NCBI RefSeq assembly: GCF_006345805.1 | Contig: NW_021832849.1 | Span: 32,880-96,879 of the forward strand | Source of the DNA: Octopus sinensis | Taxonomy: Eukaryota | Reading direction: 5' to 3' | DNA: 64,000 nucleotides | Part shown: positions 25,844 to 39,883 of the stretch, piece by piece | How the letters are laid out: each line of letters opens with the position of its first letter | Position numbering within the stretch: position 1 is the stretch's first letter | The notes under the pieces: generated by a model | Told to the model about the DNA's origin: nothing | The model's input: the letters and a program-made list of their open reading frames with translations, nothing else | Databases searched by the model: none | Program-made: the position numbers and the translations under genes

Positions 25844-27787
25844 CTGTGATGGTATCACTCACCTGTATATAGATACTGTGATGGTATCACTCACCTGTAT
25901 ATAGATACTGTGATTGTATCACTCACCTGTATATAGATACTATGATGGTATCACTCACCTGTATATAGATACTGTGATTGTATCTCTCACCTGTATATAG
26001 ATACTGTGATTGTATCACTCAATGTATGTAGATACTGTGATGGTATCACTCACCTGTATATAGATACTGTGATTGTATCTCTCACCTGTATATAGATACT
26101 GTGATTGTATCTCTCACCTGTATATAGATACTGTGATTGTATTACTCACGTGTATATAGATACTGTGATGGTATCACTCACCTGTATATAGATACTGTGA
26201 TCGTATCACTCACCTGTATATAGATACTGTGATTGTATCACTCACCTGTATATAATACTGTGATGGTATCACTCACCTGTATATAGATACTGTGATTGGA
26301 TCACTCACCTGTATAGATACTGTGATTGTATCACTCACCTGTATATAGATACTGTGATTGTATCACTCACCTGTATATAGATACTGTGATTGTATCACTC
26401 ACCTGTATATAGATACTGTGATTGTATTACTCACCTGTATATAGATACTGTGATGGTATCACTCACCTGTATATAGATACTGTGATCGTATCACTCACCT
26501 GTATATAGATACTGTGATCGTATCACTCACCTGTATATAGATACTGTGATTGTATCACTCACCTGTATATAGATACTGTGATGGTATCACTCACCTGTAT
26601 ATAGATACTGTGATGGTATCACTCACCTGTATATAGATACTGTGATTGTATTACTCACCTGTATATAGATACTGTGATGGTATCACTCACCTGTATGTAG
26701 ATACTGTGATCGTATCACTCACCTGTAATAGATACTGTGATTGTATCACTCACCTGTATATAGATACTGTGATGGTATCACTCACCTGTATATAGATACT
26801 GTGATTGTATCACTCACCTGTATATAGATACTGTGATTGTATCTCTCACTGTATATAGATACTGTGATGGTATCACTCACTGTATATAGATACTGTGATT
26901 GTATCACTCACCTGTATATAGATACTGTGATGGTATCTCTCACCTGTATATAGATACTGTGATGGTATCACTCACCTGTATATAGATACTGTGATGTATC
27001 ACTCACCTGTATATAGATACTGTGATTGTATCTCACCTGTATATAGATACTGTGATGGTATCACTCACCTGTATATAGATACTGTGATCGTATCACTCAC
27101 CTGTATATAGATACTGTGATTGTATCACTCACCTGTATATAGATACTGTGATTGTATCACTCACCTGTATATAGATACTGTGATCGTATCACTCACCTGT
27201 ATATAGATACTGTGATTGTATCACTCACCTGTATATAGATACTGTGATGGTATCACTCACCTGTATATAGATACTGTGATTGTATCTCTCACCTGTATAT
27301 AGATACTGTGATGGTATCACTCACCTGTATATAGATACTGTGATCGTATCACTCACCTGTATATAGATACTGTGATTGTATCACTCACCTGTATATAGAT
27401 ACTGTGATTGTATCACTCACCTGTATATAGATACTGTGATCGTATCACTCACCTGTATATAGATACTGTGATTGTATCTCTCACCTGTATATAGATACTG
27501 TGATGGTATCACTCACCTGTATATAGATACTGTGATCGTATCACTCACCTGTATATAGATACTGTGATTGTATCTCTCACCTGTATATAGATACTGTGAT
27601 GGTATCACTCACCTGTATATAGATACTGTGATTGTATCACTCACCTGTATATAGATACTGTGATTGTATCACTCACCTGTATATAGATACTGTGATGGTA
27701 TCACTCACCTGTATATAGATACTGTGATTGTATCACTCACCTGTATATAGATACTGTGATTGTATCACTCACCTGTATGTAGATACT
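25844..27787. repeat. 32-bp minisatellite, about 61 copies (CTGTGAT[G/T/C]GTATCACTCACCTGTATATAGATA)
   Basis: Unit starts at 25844 and 25876 give period 32; a few units have 1-3 nt deletions. Confidence 0.97.
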
Positions 27788-27879
27788 AGCCTTTGATTCA
27801 CTTTCTAAGGCGACTCTTCAAAAAGTCATTTTACTCTGCGATAGAAAAGTCTTTTCTAATTTTTAAATATTTTAGGTTT

Positions 27880-28094
27880 GATCCCGCCACCCTGGTTCAC
27901 TAAAAATCGGGCTCGAAATGAACAGTCTGAAACCTTGACGCTTAGATTTTCACTGTGGAGTAAGATGGGCAAACATCCTTCAAAACTTCCTTCGTCTCAC
28001 CATGGATTTCTGCCTTTCCTTTGACTTTTAAAAACAGGAACTTCATGACCACCCGTGCTTCAATTTTACCAAAATCCACTGTAGGACCTGCCAT
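27880..28094 (-). pseudogene. Mariner transposase N-terminal HTH remnant
   Basis: Manual minus-strand translation MAGPTVDFGKIEARVVMKFLFLKVKGKAEIHGETKEVLKDVCPSYSTVKI*. Confidence 0.65.
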
Positions 28095-28186
28095 CATGCT
28101 TATACCTGGAAAAAGGAAAAAGATATATTGTATACCATCATGACCTTTTGCATATCTTCTCCTAAATAGCTGACCTACTTATCCGG

Positions 28187-28508
28187 TGAAGGCGCATGGC
28201 GCAGTGGTTAGAGCGTCGAGGTTGTGAGGTCGAATCCTAGACCGGGCTGCGTGTTGTGCTCTTGAGCAAGACACTTTATTTCACGTTGTTCTAGTTCACT
28301 CAGCTGTAGAAATGAGTTGTGACGTCACTAGCGCCAAGTTGCATCGGCCTTTGCCTTTCCCTTGGATAACATCAATGGTGTGGAGAGGGAAGGCTGGTAT
28401 GCATGGGCGACTGCTGGTCTTCCATAAACAACCTTGCCCGGACTTGTGCCTGGGAGGGTAACTTTCTAAGTGCAATCCCATGGTCAATCATGACCGAAGG
28501 GGGTCTCA
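28187..28508 (+). mobile_element. SINE-C
   Basis: A-box-like TGGCGCAGTGG, B-box-like GGTCGAATCC; homologous to 7900-8216. Confidence 0.88.
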
Positions 28509-29263
28509 GCAGGTTATCCTGTAAAGATAACAACTCTATCTTTTTGCAATACCCTCAAAGCCAGAAACTTTAAAACACTTTCTCGCATATAAGAACGATG
28601 AATGTCAAACCTGTAGTAATGTAAGTACTATCTCAAGTCCTAGGACTCGTCGTCCACGGATTTAGATCACAACATCCCCTTTGAATGGGACGTCAGTTTG
28701 TTGCTACGTTATTCATTTACAACTGGGTGGTCCGGGATTCGAACTCACAACCTCGACGCTCTAAGCACTGAGCTATGCGTCTTCACAGGATTAGTCGGTC
28801 AGCTATTTAGGAGAAGATATGCAAAAGATCGTGATGGTATACAACATTTACAACTTGAAATGAAGTATTTTCCTCAACTTTACCGGGGATAGAAACCACG
28901 GTACTGCGAACGTGAGTGAGTGCAAAAAAACCTTAACCATTAGACTCTGTGCCTTCACAGGTGTAACAATCACAAATATATTTAGAAAATCGCTGAACAT
29001 TCCCAGTTGTTTGTGGCAAAATGAAACTGAGACTCTAAATTGCGGAAGCCTGCAGAGTGTGCAACAAAGCGAAATGTAGTTTTGTTTTTGTTTTTGTATT
29101 TGTTTTCTTTTTGCACTGAGAACAGACGTACAGTATTCATGTCATGCGCAGAAGCCTAAGTTAGTTGTGATTATGTTAATGAGAAAGAGACGTGAAATTC
29201 ATGGAAGATTGACTACCTAAAGAGACATCTCAATCAAGAGAAAGAAAGCAAGAGAGAGAAAGA

Positions 29264-29313
<50 letters not shown>

Positions 29314-30042
29314 ATCTGATGGCAGTGTGTTCAAGTCAGAAAGTCAACAAAACATTGAGATAAATCATTCAGTAATGGAATCAAATACTAATAAGTCTAT
29401 ATCAGAGTTTAGCGAGCGGCAACGAAGTCATGTTGAGAAAGTAAAAATATTGATCGACAATATATATATTATACTATTTGTTATTTCCATGAGTTCTGGG
29501 CAAAAGAGACGCTCTCTTTTCGAAACATCCTTAGGTCATATGACAAGAAAATGTTACACGCTCTGAAAATTGGTACAGAATAAAGAAATTGCATTTAAAT
29601 CTCTTTAATGCATTAATCATGTCATTTTGCAGAAAAAAAAGATAAATAAATAAACAAATAAATATATAAAACGAAGAGTTTAACGTTGATTTTATTGTAC
29701 TTAGATTTAGTCAATACTTAGATTTATTCTAGGAAGAAAAATAAAACAATGAATTTATAAAAATACCTAAGTTCCTTCGTCTGATGTCAAGAGGGACAAA
29801 ATGATTTGTGAATTTATTGATAGTGATACACTTTATAACTTTGATAATCTCCGAGATTCTTCTTCGAAAAAACAATTTTATTTTTCGAGTTGTGAGCCCA
29901 GCTTGGATTGGGATTCTTACTCTTGTCTTTATTGAGCAGCTCCAGCTCCTTGCGGTAGGCTAGCAATCCTATTGCTGACACACAAAGAATTATAGTCTCG
30001 TATATGGGTTCTGATTCAATAAACATTAGTTAGTTTTCTGAA

Positions 30043-30757
<715 letters not shown>

Positions 30758-30939
30758 CCCCCAGTTCTAATTTGGAAGACTCTTTTCTGTGCTTAGTTTA
30801 AATGGCTTATTATTTTGAAATCATGAACTGTACAATTATCAGTTGATAATAGCAAATGAAGTTTTCACAGCGACTAAACAACATAATATTGTGAAGTTTC
30901 CACCACCACCACCACAATGTGGTTGTGGTCGTGACACAC

Positions 30940-31112
30940 AAACATATATACGACGGGCTTCTTTCAATTTCCGTCTACCAAATCCACCCATAAGGCTTTG
31001 GTCGGCCTGAAGCTATAGTAGAAGAAACTTGCCCAAGGTGCCACGCAGTGGGACTGAACCGGGAATCATGTGGTTCGCAAGCAAGCTACTTACCACACAG
31101 CCACTCCTACGC
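30940..31112 (-). mobile_element. SINE-B, 5' half
   Basis: Reverse complement of the head seen at 16753-16920. Confidence 0.85.
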
Positions 31113-31168
31113 CTAAGCAATTTTTAAATATAAATCTAAAACTAAGGCCTTGTCATGTCTAAATCTGG

Positions 31169-31211
<43 letters not shown>

Positions 31212-32206
31212 GAAACATGCACGCAGATACACACTTACACAGATATGCATACACAGACACACAGTCACACACACTGACACGCCTACACAGTCTCTCATAC
31301 TCGCACGCTCACACACAGATACGCATACATGTGCACACACATGGACAAACACAGAGATACACAGACACACAGTCGCTCTCTTTCTCTCTCTCTCTCTCTC
31401 TTACACACACACACCACACACACACACCCACACACACACACACACACAAACTGATGTATAAATAGATGAGATGATCATGGAATATTTTTTATCATTTGGC
31501 TGCTTGATTAGTGCAGACCCGGGGCTAAATAAGAAGCAGACCACCATCAACATCACTATCACCATCACGATCACCCCACCACCACCACCACCACCACCAC
31601 ACCACCATCATCATCATTAGCAGCACCAGCAATTACAACAACAACAACAACATCAACAACAACAGCAGCAACAGCAATAATAGAAATTAGAACAACAACA
31701 ACAACGGAAGACTTGATAATTTTAAATATTTTCTCAATCAGAATGTTCAGTTTTTCTTCACTTCTGTGTTAGAATTTATGAAATCAACACGGCACCAAAT
31801 TTTTATAATTGCTGGTTTTCATGAATTTCAACCAATCAAAATGGCCGATTTCCGTGACTGCAAATATATTAGATTTGATTGTTATTTTCAAGTATTTCGT
31901 TGTGTAAACATTTTCAATATTCCAGCTAATACAGGTTCCACGTGAATTTAATAAAATTCCATGATCCAAAACTACATCTGATTTTCTAGTTTTAATGAAT
32001 CGGGATCTATTTATTTAAATTGATCATTTTTGGTCACTCAGCCAACTGGAAATTCAATAATTTCAAATTTCTTTGATATGTCAAAATAAGGAAGTGTTAT
32101 GATGACATCATTCATGTTGGAATGTGGAATTTTCCAGAATAATGAAAATAAGTCTAAAATTCTGAGAGTTAATTGTTTAAAACTGATCAATAATTACATC
32201 TTATTA

Positions 32207-33040
32207 AAGGCGGCAAGCTGGCAGAATGGTTTACACGCCGGGCAAAATGCTTAGCGTCGTTTTGTCCGTCTTTACATTTTAAGTTCAAATTCCGCTGACG
32301 TTCACAGTGGCATTCACCTCTTCTGGGATCGATAAAACAGGTTTCAGCTGAATACTGGGGTTGATGTAATTGACTTACCTACTCCTTCGAAATCATTTCG
32401 AATCCTGGACCAGACTGAGTGGCGGTTTTGTGTCCTCGATCGAAAAACTTCGTTTCACATTGCTCCAGTTCTCTCAGTTGTAAACGAGGAACCCTGCGAC
32501 GGACTGGCGTCCCGCGCAGAGGAGAGGATATTTATTTCTTTATTGTCCACAAGGGGCGAAACATAGAGGGAACAAACACGGATAAACAAAGGGATTAAGT
32601 CGATTACAGCGACCCCAGTGTGTAACTGGTACTTACTGAATCGACCCTGAAGGGATGAAAAGCAAAGTCGACCTCGGCGGAATTTGACCTCAGAACGTAA
32701 CGGCAAACGAGATACTGCTAAGCATTCTGCCAACTCGCCGCCCTCCAGGGAGAATATTGTGATCTCGATCACTTACACGCTATGGAAACTGGTCGTGTGA
32801 GTCCTAGGACTCTAGAGAGAACTTACTGGTTACACATTTTGGCACAACGTCAGCGATTTCAGGTAAGGGGGCTAAGTTGATCAAATCGACCCCAGTGATC
32901 AACTGTATTTATTTTATCGACCCCCGAATGAATGAACGGTGAAGTAGATCCCAGCGACATTTGAACTCAGAACATAAAGACGGACGAAATACCGCTAAGC
33001 ATTTTGCCCGGCGTGCTAACGATACTGCCAGCTCGCCGTC
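32207..33040. mobile_element. SINE cluster: SINE-A(+) 32207-32390; V-domain-like SINE 32400-32530 and 32750-32815 interrupted by SINE-A(-, Tx1 tail) 32535-32744; SINE-A(-) 32835-33040
   Basis: Homology to other copies; CCTGCGACGGACTGGCGTCCCG resembles the V-SINE core (recalled, not searched). Confidence 0.75.
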
Positions 33041-33539
33041 TTGAGACAGTATTTATTGTCACAGTAAAGATGGAAACAATTTTCGCAAGATATCCAGCTG
33101 TGAAGGCGCGTGGCCTTGTAGCCATAAGATTGTGTTTTCGATTACCAGATTGGAGCGGGTGGCACGCTGTGTTCTTTAACAAAACATATCTTTTCATGTT
33201 GTTCCAGTCTATCCACTCAGCTGTAAATATGTTTCAGCAATAACTGGGAAGTTAACCCCGCAACAGACTGGGATCCTATTCTGCGGTCGAACACCACGTA
33301 AACCGGATCAACCCTCGGCCTGATGGTTTGGTTTGTCCCTTTTGTTCGGCCTTTGGTTTGACATGACGCTTGGGGGCCATGACAAACCAAAGCTCAGCTT
33401 CCCCCCACCATTTTTGTAGCACGGACCAGTTTCATCCAAGGCAATTTTTCCATGGATCATGCGCATAACAAAACACAATAAAGTGCACAATATATAATTT
33501 AACTATTACATATATATTGATTCAAAATTCTGGCAAAAG

Positions 33540-34042
33540 ACCAGTAATTCCGGAGAGAGAGTAAATTGATTAGATCATCCCTAGGGCTCAGTACTTTTTT
33601 ATCCACTCCAAAAGAATAGAAAGGTAAAATTCGTCCTAGGCGGAATTTAAATACAGAAAGTCAAGACGGGCGAAACGCTGCTCTGAATTTTGCCCTGTGC
33701 GCGAACGATTCTGCCAGATCGCTACCTTAAATATTACGCATACGAGGGTCCCAGCAGATACGATCAACGGAACAGCCTGCTCGTGAAATTAACGTGCAAA
33801 TGACTGAGCACTCCACAGACACGTGTACTCCTAACATAGTTCTCAGTGAGATTCAGCGTGACACAGAGTGTGACAAGGCCGGCCCTTTGAAAAATACAGG
33901 TACAACTCAATTTTGCCAGCTGAGTGGAATGGAGCAACGTGAAATAAAGTGTCTTACTCAAGGACACAACGCGTCGCCGGGAATTGAACTCATGACCTTA
34001 CAATCGTGAGCCGAATGCCCTAACCACTAAGCCACGCGCCCT
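33540..34042 (-). mobile_element. SINE-A (33540-33730) and SINE-D (33762-34042)
   Basis: SINE-D homologous to 51735-52070 and 59348-59630; tRNA-like head and CORE-like motif. Confidence 0.8.
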
Positions 34043-34104
34043 CACACACAAATACATAATATATACATACATATATATATACATACATATATATATATAT
34101 ATAT

Positions 34105-34137
<33 letters not shown>

Positions 34138-34147
34138 GTTATATATA

Positions 34148-34203
<56 letters not shown>

Positions 34204-34957
34204 CATACATATATACACATATATACACATATATATATATATATTATATATATATACAATGCAAAAACACCATGCTGACTGCGATAGTCGATGAAATAGG
34301 AATAACATTATTCAAATAATCAAAACATTCATTCTTTTCTGCGCGGCCCTGTACCAAATGATCCATGGCTCGCGACTAGCTTGCATCCCGAAGGCTGGCG
34401 ACTTCTGATGTTGCTAAATAACGCCCTTAGGAAAGTATGAACTCCATAATGTTTCATTTTCTATTTCCTGTGAATTAATTAGTTGTCTTGTATCTCGTCA
34501 TTAATACAGAAGTCGTAAGGGAAGAGGAAGGACGGGTTTGGCGGTGGAGATGGATACGAAATAAACTGATATTTATTCTTCCTTTTTATTGTTTTAACAT
34601 CTTTAATTTCTTGTTTTATTGTAGAATGAGCTGACTCACAGTTTTAAAGTAATTTTGAATTGAATGAAAAATGAATAATAAATATTTATTGGCCAAACAT
34701 TAAGATTCATACTTTGTGTACAATGTCAACGAAACAAAACCGAAAACTACGATTCCTCTAATAAACGACTACAGAATGCAATATTGATGTGTGTCGACAA
34801 GAATAATTACCAACAAAATTAATTTTGATTAATTATCGGCTTTATTGGCATCAAGAAAGATATAAAATCATTTTATACGGAGGGGGGATGTATTAAACAT
34901 TTCACTATATGTATGTATGAACGTGTGTACGTATGCGTGTATGTATGTATGTATGCA

Positions 34958-34996
<39 letters not shown>

Positions 34997-35129
34997 ATAT
35001 GTTCTATTTTTTGGTTTTACTATTACCATTAAAACGTTAAAAGCAATATTTCTCAACCGATTTCGTCAGATAAATTCTTGTGAGTACAGTTTTAACATCT
35101 TGTTTCTACAGTCTTGCTTACATATTTGG

Positions 35130-35188
<59 letters not shown>

Positions 35189-35189
<1 letters not shown>

Positions 35190-35399
35190 TTCTACTATAG
35201 GCACAAGGCCTGAAATTTGGCGGGTGGGGTTGAGTCGATTACATCGACGCCAGTTCTCAACTGGTACTTAATTTATCGACCAGGAAATGATGAAAGGCAA
35301 AGTTGACATCCGCGGAATTTGAACTCAGAACATAAAGACAGATGATATGCTGCTAAGCATTTTACCCAGCGTGCTTACCATTCTGCCAGCTCGCCGCCT

Positions 35400-35400
<1 letters not shown>
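35189..35400 (-). mobile_element. SINE-A with alternative tail (GCCTTGTGCCTATAGTAGAAA), inside (TAA)n
   Basis: Full head to tail on the minus strand; (TAA)n on both sides on the plus strand. Confidence 0.88.
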
Positions 35401-35462
<62 letters not shown>

Positions 35463-35499
35463 TAACAACAACAACAGCAACAATAATAATAATGGCTTC

Positions 35500-37150
35500 A
35501 AATTTGATCCCACTTTCTGTAGTCCTACGCAAAGTCAACGCGCACCATGCGCTGAGGAAGAATGGACCTCGTCTCAACCATCTTCTCTTCATGGATGATT
35601 AAAACTGGATTATTTAAAACCTTGGGATCCTAGAGAAATAAAAGACAAGGTCATCACTGCATATTTGAAGCGCCTCAAACTTCTCTTGGAATCAAAACTC
35701 AACTCAAGGAACCTTACGACTGTCATCAACATATGGGCTGTTGCCGTAGTCCGCTATCGTTCACCCATTCTGAAATGGATACGAGATTAACCAACTCGAT
35801 CGTACTACCCGAAAGACGATGACAATGCATGGCGCTCTCCAGCCTCAAATGAATGCACACAGGCTCTACATGAAGAGGTGTAATGGTGGATTTGGGCTGA
35901 TTAGCGTACGGGAGTGCATCAACAGTGGAAGAAGAAGCATGGCAGAATATTTGGTAAACAGCAAACAAGACCTGCTTGTTTGCTACTAATTCAGAAGGAT
36001 TTACCAAAAATGGACTTGAGAGTGCTAATGAATTCCGATCGCGAATAGCCAATAAGAGAGAAGAAACTCTACTCCACATGGAGCTACATGGTCAGTTCCA
36101 CCGTAAAACTAACAACTTAAAAGACCAGGTGGCTCGGCAAGGGTGATCTAAAAAAGAAGACTGAAAGCCTAATCATCGCTGCCCAGGATCAGGCATTGAA
36201 TACTAACTCAGTGAAAAGGGATATATACCACACGAGTGCCACGAAACTCTGAAGAATGTGTGGGAAGAGAGTCGAAAGCGTAACTCACATTGTTAGTGCT
36301 TGTGAAAGATTCGCGCAGAAAGAGTAGAAGCGCAGACACGACAAAGTAGCCCAAAACCTTCACTGGCTACTGTGCCGGAAGTATGGATACGAGGTAACGG
36401 GTGCTTGGTACCAACATACACCGGAAAAAGTAGTAGACGAAAAGGGGAAGGTAAAAATCCTCTGTGGCTTTGACTTCCAGACAGACAATGTGCTAGAGCA
36501 TCGAAGGCCGGATATAGTAACATTTTGGCGGGATAAACAGTAATAATCCTTTCTACTGGAAGCACAAGGTATCAGATTTGGTGGGAAAGGATTAGTCGAT
36601 TACATTGATCCCAGTACTCAACTGGTACTTAATTTATCGACCTCGAAATGATGAAAGGCAAAGTCGACTTCGGCGGAATTTGAACTCGGAACGTAAAAGT
36701 TGACGAAATGCCGCTAAGCGTTTTGTCCGCCGTGCTAACGGTTCTACCAACTCGACGCCTTGAGAGTGCCTAATAATCGACGTGGCAGTGCCAGGAGATT
36801 AACATATTATCTTGAAAGAAAGAGAAAAGAATGATGAATATGGAGACCTGAGAATTGAGATCGCCAAGATATGGCAGCTAAGAGAGTCAAACATAAAGGT
36901 TGTTTCTATTGTCATCGGAGCATTAGATTTAATACCAGTCAACCTGAAGAAACATCTTGAAACTTTGGAAATACCATACAATGTAGATGTATTGGAAAAA
37001 TCGGCATTACTTGGAACTGAGCACATACTGCGTAAAGTACTGTCTGTCTGAGGACCTTGTCGTGGCCTGACAGACAGCACAAACACCTCAGATAGACACA
37101 ATATCTTCAATCAACAATATCACGACATTGGATACTGTGCAACGACTTAA
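35500..37150 (+). mobile_element. Older R4/Dong-like RLE LINE (RT C-half to 3' end), decayed, SINE inserted
   Basis: LIPLSVVLRK..NHLLFMDD, ESKLNSRNL, SLIIAAQDQAL, RHDKVAQNLHW, RRPDIV, IIDVAVPGD, EKSALLGTEHILRKVL; (TAA)n-rich tract upstream and short TAA run downstream. Confidence 0.82.
36549..36761 (-). mobile_element. SINE-A nested in the RLE domain of the older R4-like element
   Basis: Splits RPDIV.. from ..CLIIDVAVP. Confidence 0.85.
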
Positions 37151-37171
37151 AATAATAATAAGATTAATAAT

Positions 37172-37371
37172 ACTGGTTTCAAATCTTGGTAGAGGGCCCC
37201 AGTAGTTTCTGAGGAGACGGCAAAGTCGATTACTTTGCTCCTGGTACATGGTGAGTATATAATTCATCGAACCCGAAAGGATGAAAAACATTCGAACTTA
37301 AAATATAAAACCGGGTGGAATGCCGCTAAACATTTTTTCGACGTGCTGACGATTTTGCCAGCTCACCGCCT
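37172..37371 (-). mobile_element. SINE-A, diverged, tail type ...CCAAGATTTGAAACCAG
   Basis: Homology to other copies. Confidence 0.75.
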
Positions 37372-37510
37372 CAATAACAAAAACAAGAAGAAGAAGAAGA
37401 AGAAGAAGAAGAAGAAGAAGAGAAGAAGAAGAAGAAGAAGAACAACAACAACAACAACAACAACAATAATAATAATGATGATGTTGATAATAATAATGAT
37501 AATCATATTA

Positions 37511-37557
<47 letters not shown>

Positions 37558-37560
37558 AAG
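37372..37560. repeat. Compound (GAA)n(CAA)n(TAA)n(GAT)n
   Basis: Direct reading. Confidence 0.95.
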
Positions 37561-38129
37561 GATGTCGAGTGTATTATTGTTACCAGGCATTAATTCGCCT
37601 TGCATTACGTATAATTACATCCATCGCTCCAAAATCTATAATTTAGCTTCATTGATGTTGTATAATAAGGGGTAAGAATCTTAATGACGACCGTCTGCTT
37701 ATTGATCCAGATCTCACTTAAGACTCATTTTGCCCGTTTTTAACAATCCATATGTTATTCACTTCTTTACATTCTTTTCTTTTTTTAATAAAAAGATGTA
37801 TTTGTACCAAAACTATTCTTTCCAATATCTATGATGTAATTACTACTAATCAGCGAGGCTTGACTCTAATTTATGTATTCATAACCCCGTAAAGCCACCA
37901 GCGTGTTCTGTAAAATTTGATGATTTGTTATACTCTGTTATGTTATTTAAGCCCAGGCCACAAATTGCCAAGTAGGAATATAATCAAAAGCCTTCCAGCC
38001 GTGACCAGTTTGTCTTTTATTTAGACATAGCGAATACCGTAGACTGGAACTCATTATCCAATGTGTCATTCCGCTTCGTAAGACAGTAGAGCGTATAATG
38101 TGAGGGATATTAGACTGCTATTTCTGCCA

Positions 38130-38400
38130 CTCGAATTTTTTTTTATATATTGCCGGGTTCCGACCCGGGCAGCAGCAACAAAGTCCGCCCAGTAAACTTC
38201 TCGGTCCAACATCAATGCTTCGAGGTCCTGGATACATTCTAGGTCAGTGTCTGCGATCAAGTTGTCGAGGTAAATGTGACCATGAAGTATAGGTTTCATA
38301 AGACTAGTTTGGATGCTTCCAGGTCAGTGTGGCACGTAGCGACCAGATAGTCGTTGCCGTCTTTGTCCGAGTTCCTCGCTAACTTTCGGAAGGTCTCCAT
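38130..38400 (-). pseudogene. RTE-clade LINE C-terminal remnant
   Basis: HGHIYLDNLIADTDLECIQDLEALMLDREVYW resembles the RTE ORF end (pattern recognition). Confidence 0.55.
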
Positions 38401-38497
38401 AAAGGAATTTGTTTATCATATGTTGCTGTTATTTCACATGTAGAGCCATTCGTAACACACTTGAGTAGCAGCCATCTAGCCCGTTTGATAATTTCTT

Positions 38498-38729
38498 ATT
38501 TCTTTATTGCCCACAAGGGGCTACACACAGAGGGGACAAACAAGGACAAACAAACGGATTAAGTCGATTATATCGACGCCAGTATGCTACTGGTACTTAT
38601 TTAATCGACCCCGAAAGGATGAAAGGCAAAGTCGACCTCGGCGGAATTTGAACTCAGAACGTAGTGGCAGACGAAATACTGCTAAGCATTTCGCCCGGCG
38701 TGCTAACGTTTCTACCACCTCACCGCCTT
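38498..38729 (-). mobile_element. SINE-A, full-length, Tx1-type tail, 17-bp TSD
   Basis: TSD CCGTTTGATAATTTCTT at 38481-38497 and 38739-38755. Confidence 0.92.
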
Positions 38730-39496
38730 AAATTATCACCGTTTGATAATTTCTTTGTCAGTGTCTATGTTTCACGGCTATATGATTCGACAGTTGCAAT
38801 GTAAACGTTGATTCTTTACGATTTGCTTTACAATTTCTTTCTATATTTTTTTCTACAAAAAATAATAGGTTGGCTGTCCAAGACTTGAGATTCGCAGATG
38901 CGAAATGCGTATGACTGTTGTTAAAAAGTTTTCTTTAAAAGGTATTAATCATGTAAGAGGGCATACAATAACTCCGGGGTTTCATCCCTTCGAGGTTGAT
39001 GAAGTAAGTACTAGTTGAACACTAGAGTCGATGTAATCGATTTATTCCCATCCTCAAAACTGCTGGCCTTGTGCCAAAATTTGAAAGCAATACAGGCTCC
39101 CGGCGTATAGTCTATTACAAGTATCATTCCATGGTGATCTGATACATATAATCGGCAACAATGTGCATTACACTTAACCTATCATCTAATTTAATGCCAT
39201 CTCAGGGATTTTAAGTGCCTTTATCAAAGTCCGCGCTGTTTGAAGTACTTGGACGAGATTTCAAGGAAGTCAGCAATCGATAAGGATCAAAACAATGCAA
39301 GAAGTTGGGAAAAATCGAATGTTAATACAAATTTCCTTAAAGAGGAGAAAATTACAGCAAAGCGGCGACTGAAACACATTTGCGTTGGAAAAGACAAATG
39401 AAATTTCTACACGGATGCATTTTTGTGCAAGTGAGTCTGCAGAAAGTGAATGGGCATTGGCATAAGTGCATACATACATATACATGCATACATACA

Positions 39497-39528
<32 letters not shown>

Positions 39529-39559
39529 CCATTCTTTACGTGGGAACAACACCCATTCT

Positions 39560-39735
39560 CACCTGACCCCTAAACGTTTTCTTCTTTACATCACATATTT
39601 TCCTTTCTTTTCTGGTTTCTAATGAAGGACAAGCATCCGAAACGTTAAAGACTCTTTCCCTTTCGTTTCAAGCGATGTACTTAAAACATCTTTGTTGAAT
39701 GTTATCAATCTCGTTGTGTTCTTTCATCGTCATGA
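39560..39735 (+). mobile_element. Penelope-terminus-like repeat with degenerate hammerhead core
   Basis: CTAATGA-A-GGA-caagca-TCC-GAAACGTT at 39619-39646. Confidence 0.55.
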
Positions 39736-39739
39736 TGAA

Positions 39740-39883
<144 letters not shown>

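Noticed and set aside
25844-27787. 32-bp array as a CRISPR array
   Set aside because: Units are directly adjacent with no unique spacers, no cas genes are present, and the context is eukaryotic.
28187-28260. tRNA genes at SINE heads (also 43712, 52000-52070, 17965-18020)
   Set aside because: A- and B-box-like motifs exist, but there is no complete cloverleaf and each continues into a repeat body.
29814-30026. 70-aa non-repetitive ORF as a host exon
   Set aside because: No recognisable motif, weak splice signals, and its start abuts a SINE boundary; unsupported without RNA data.
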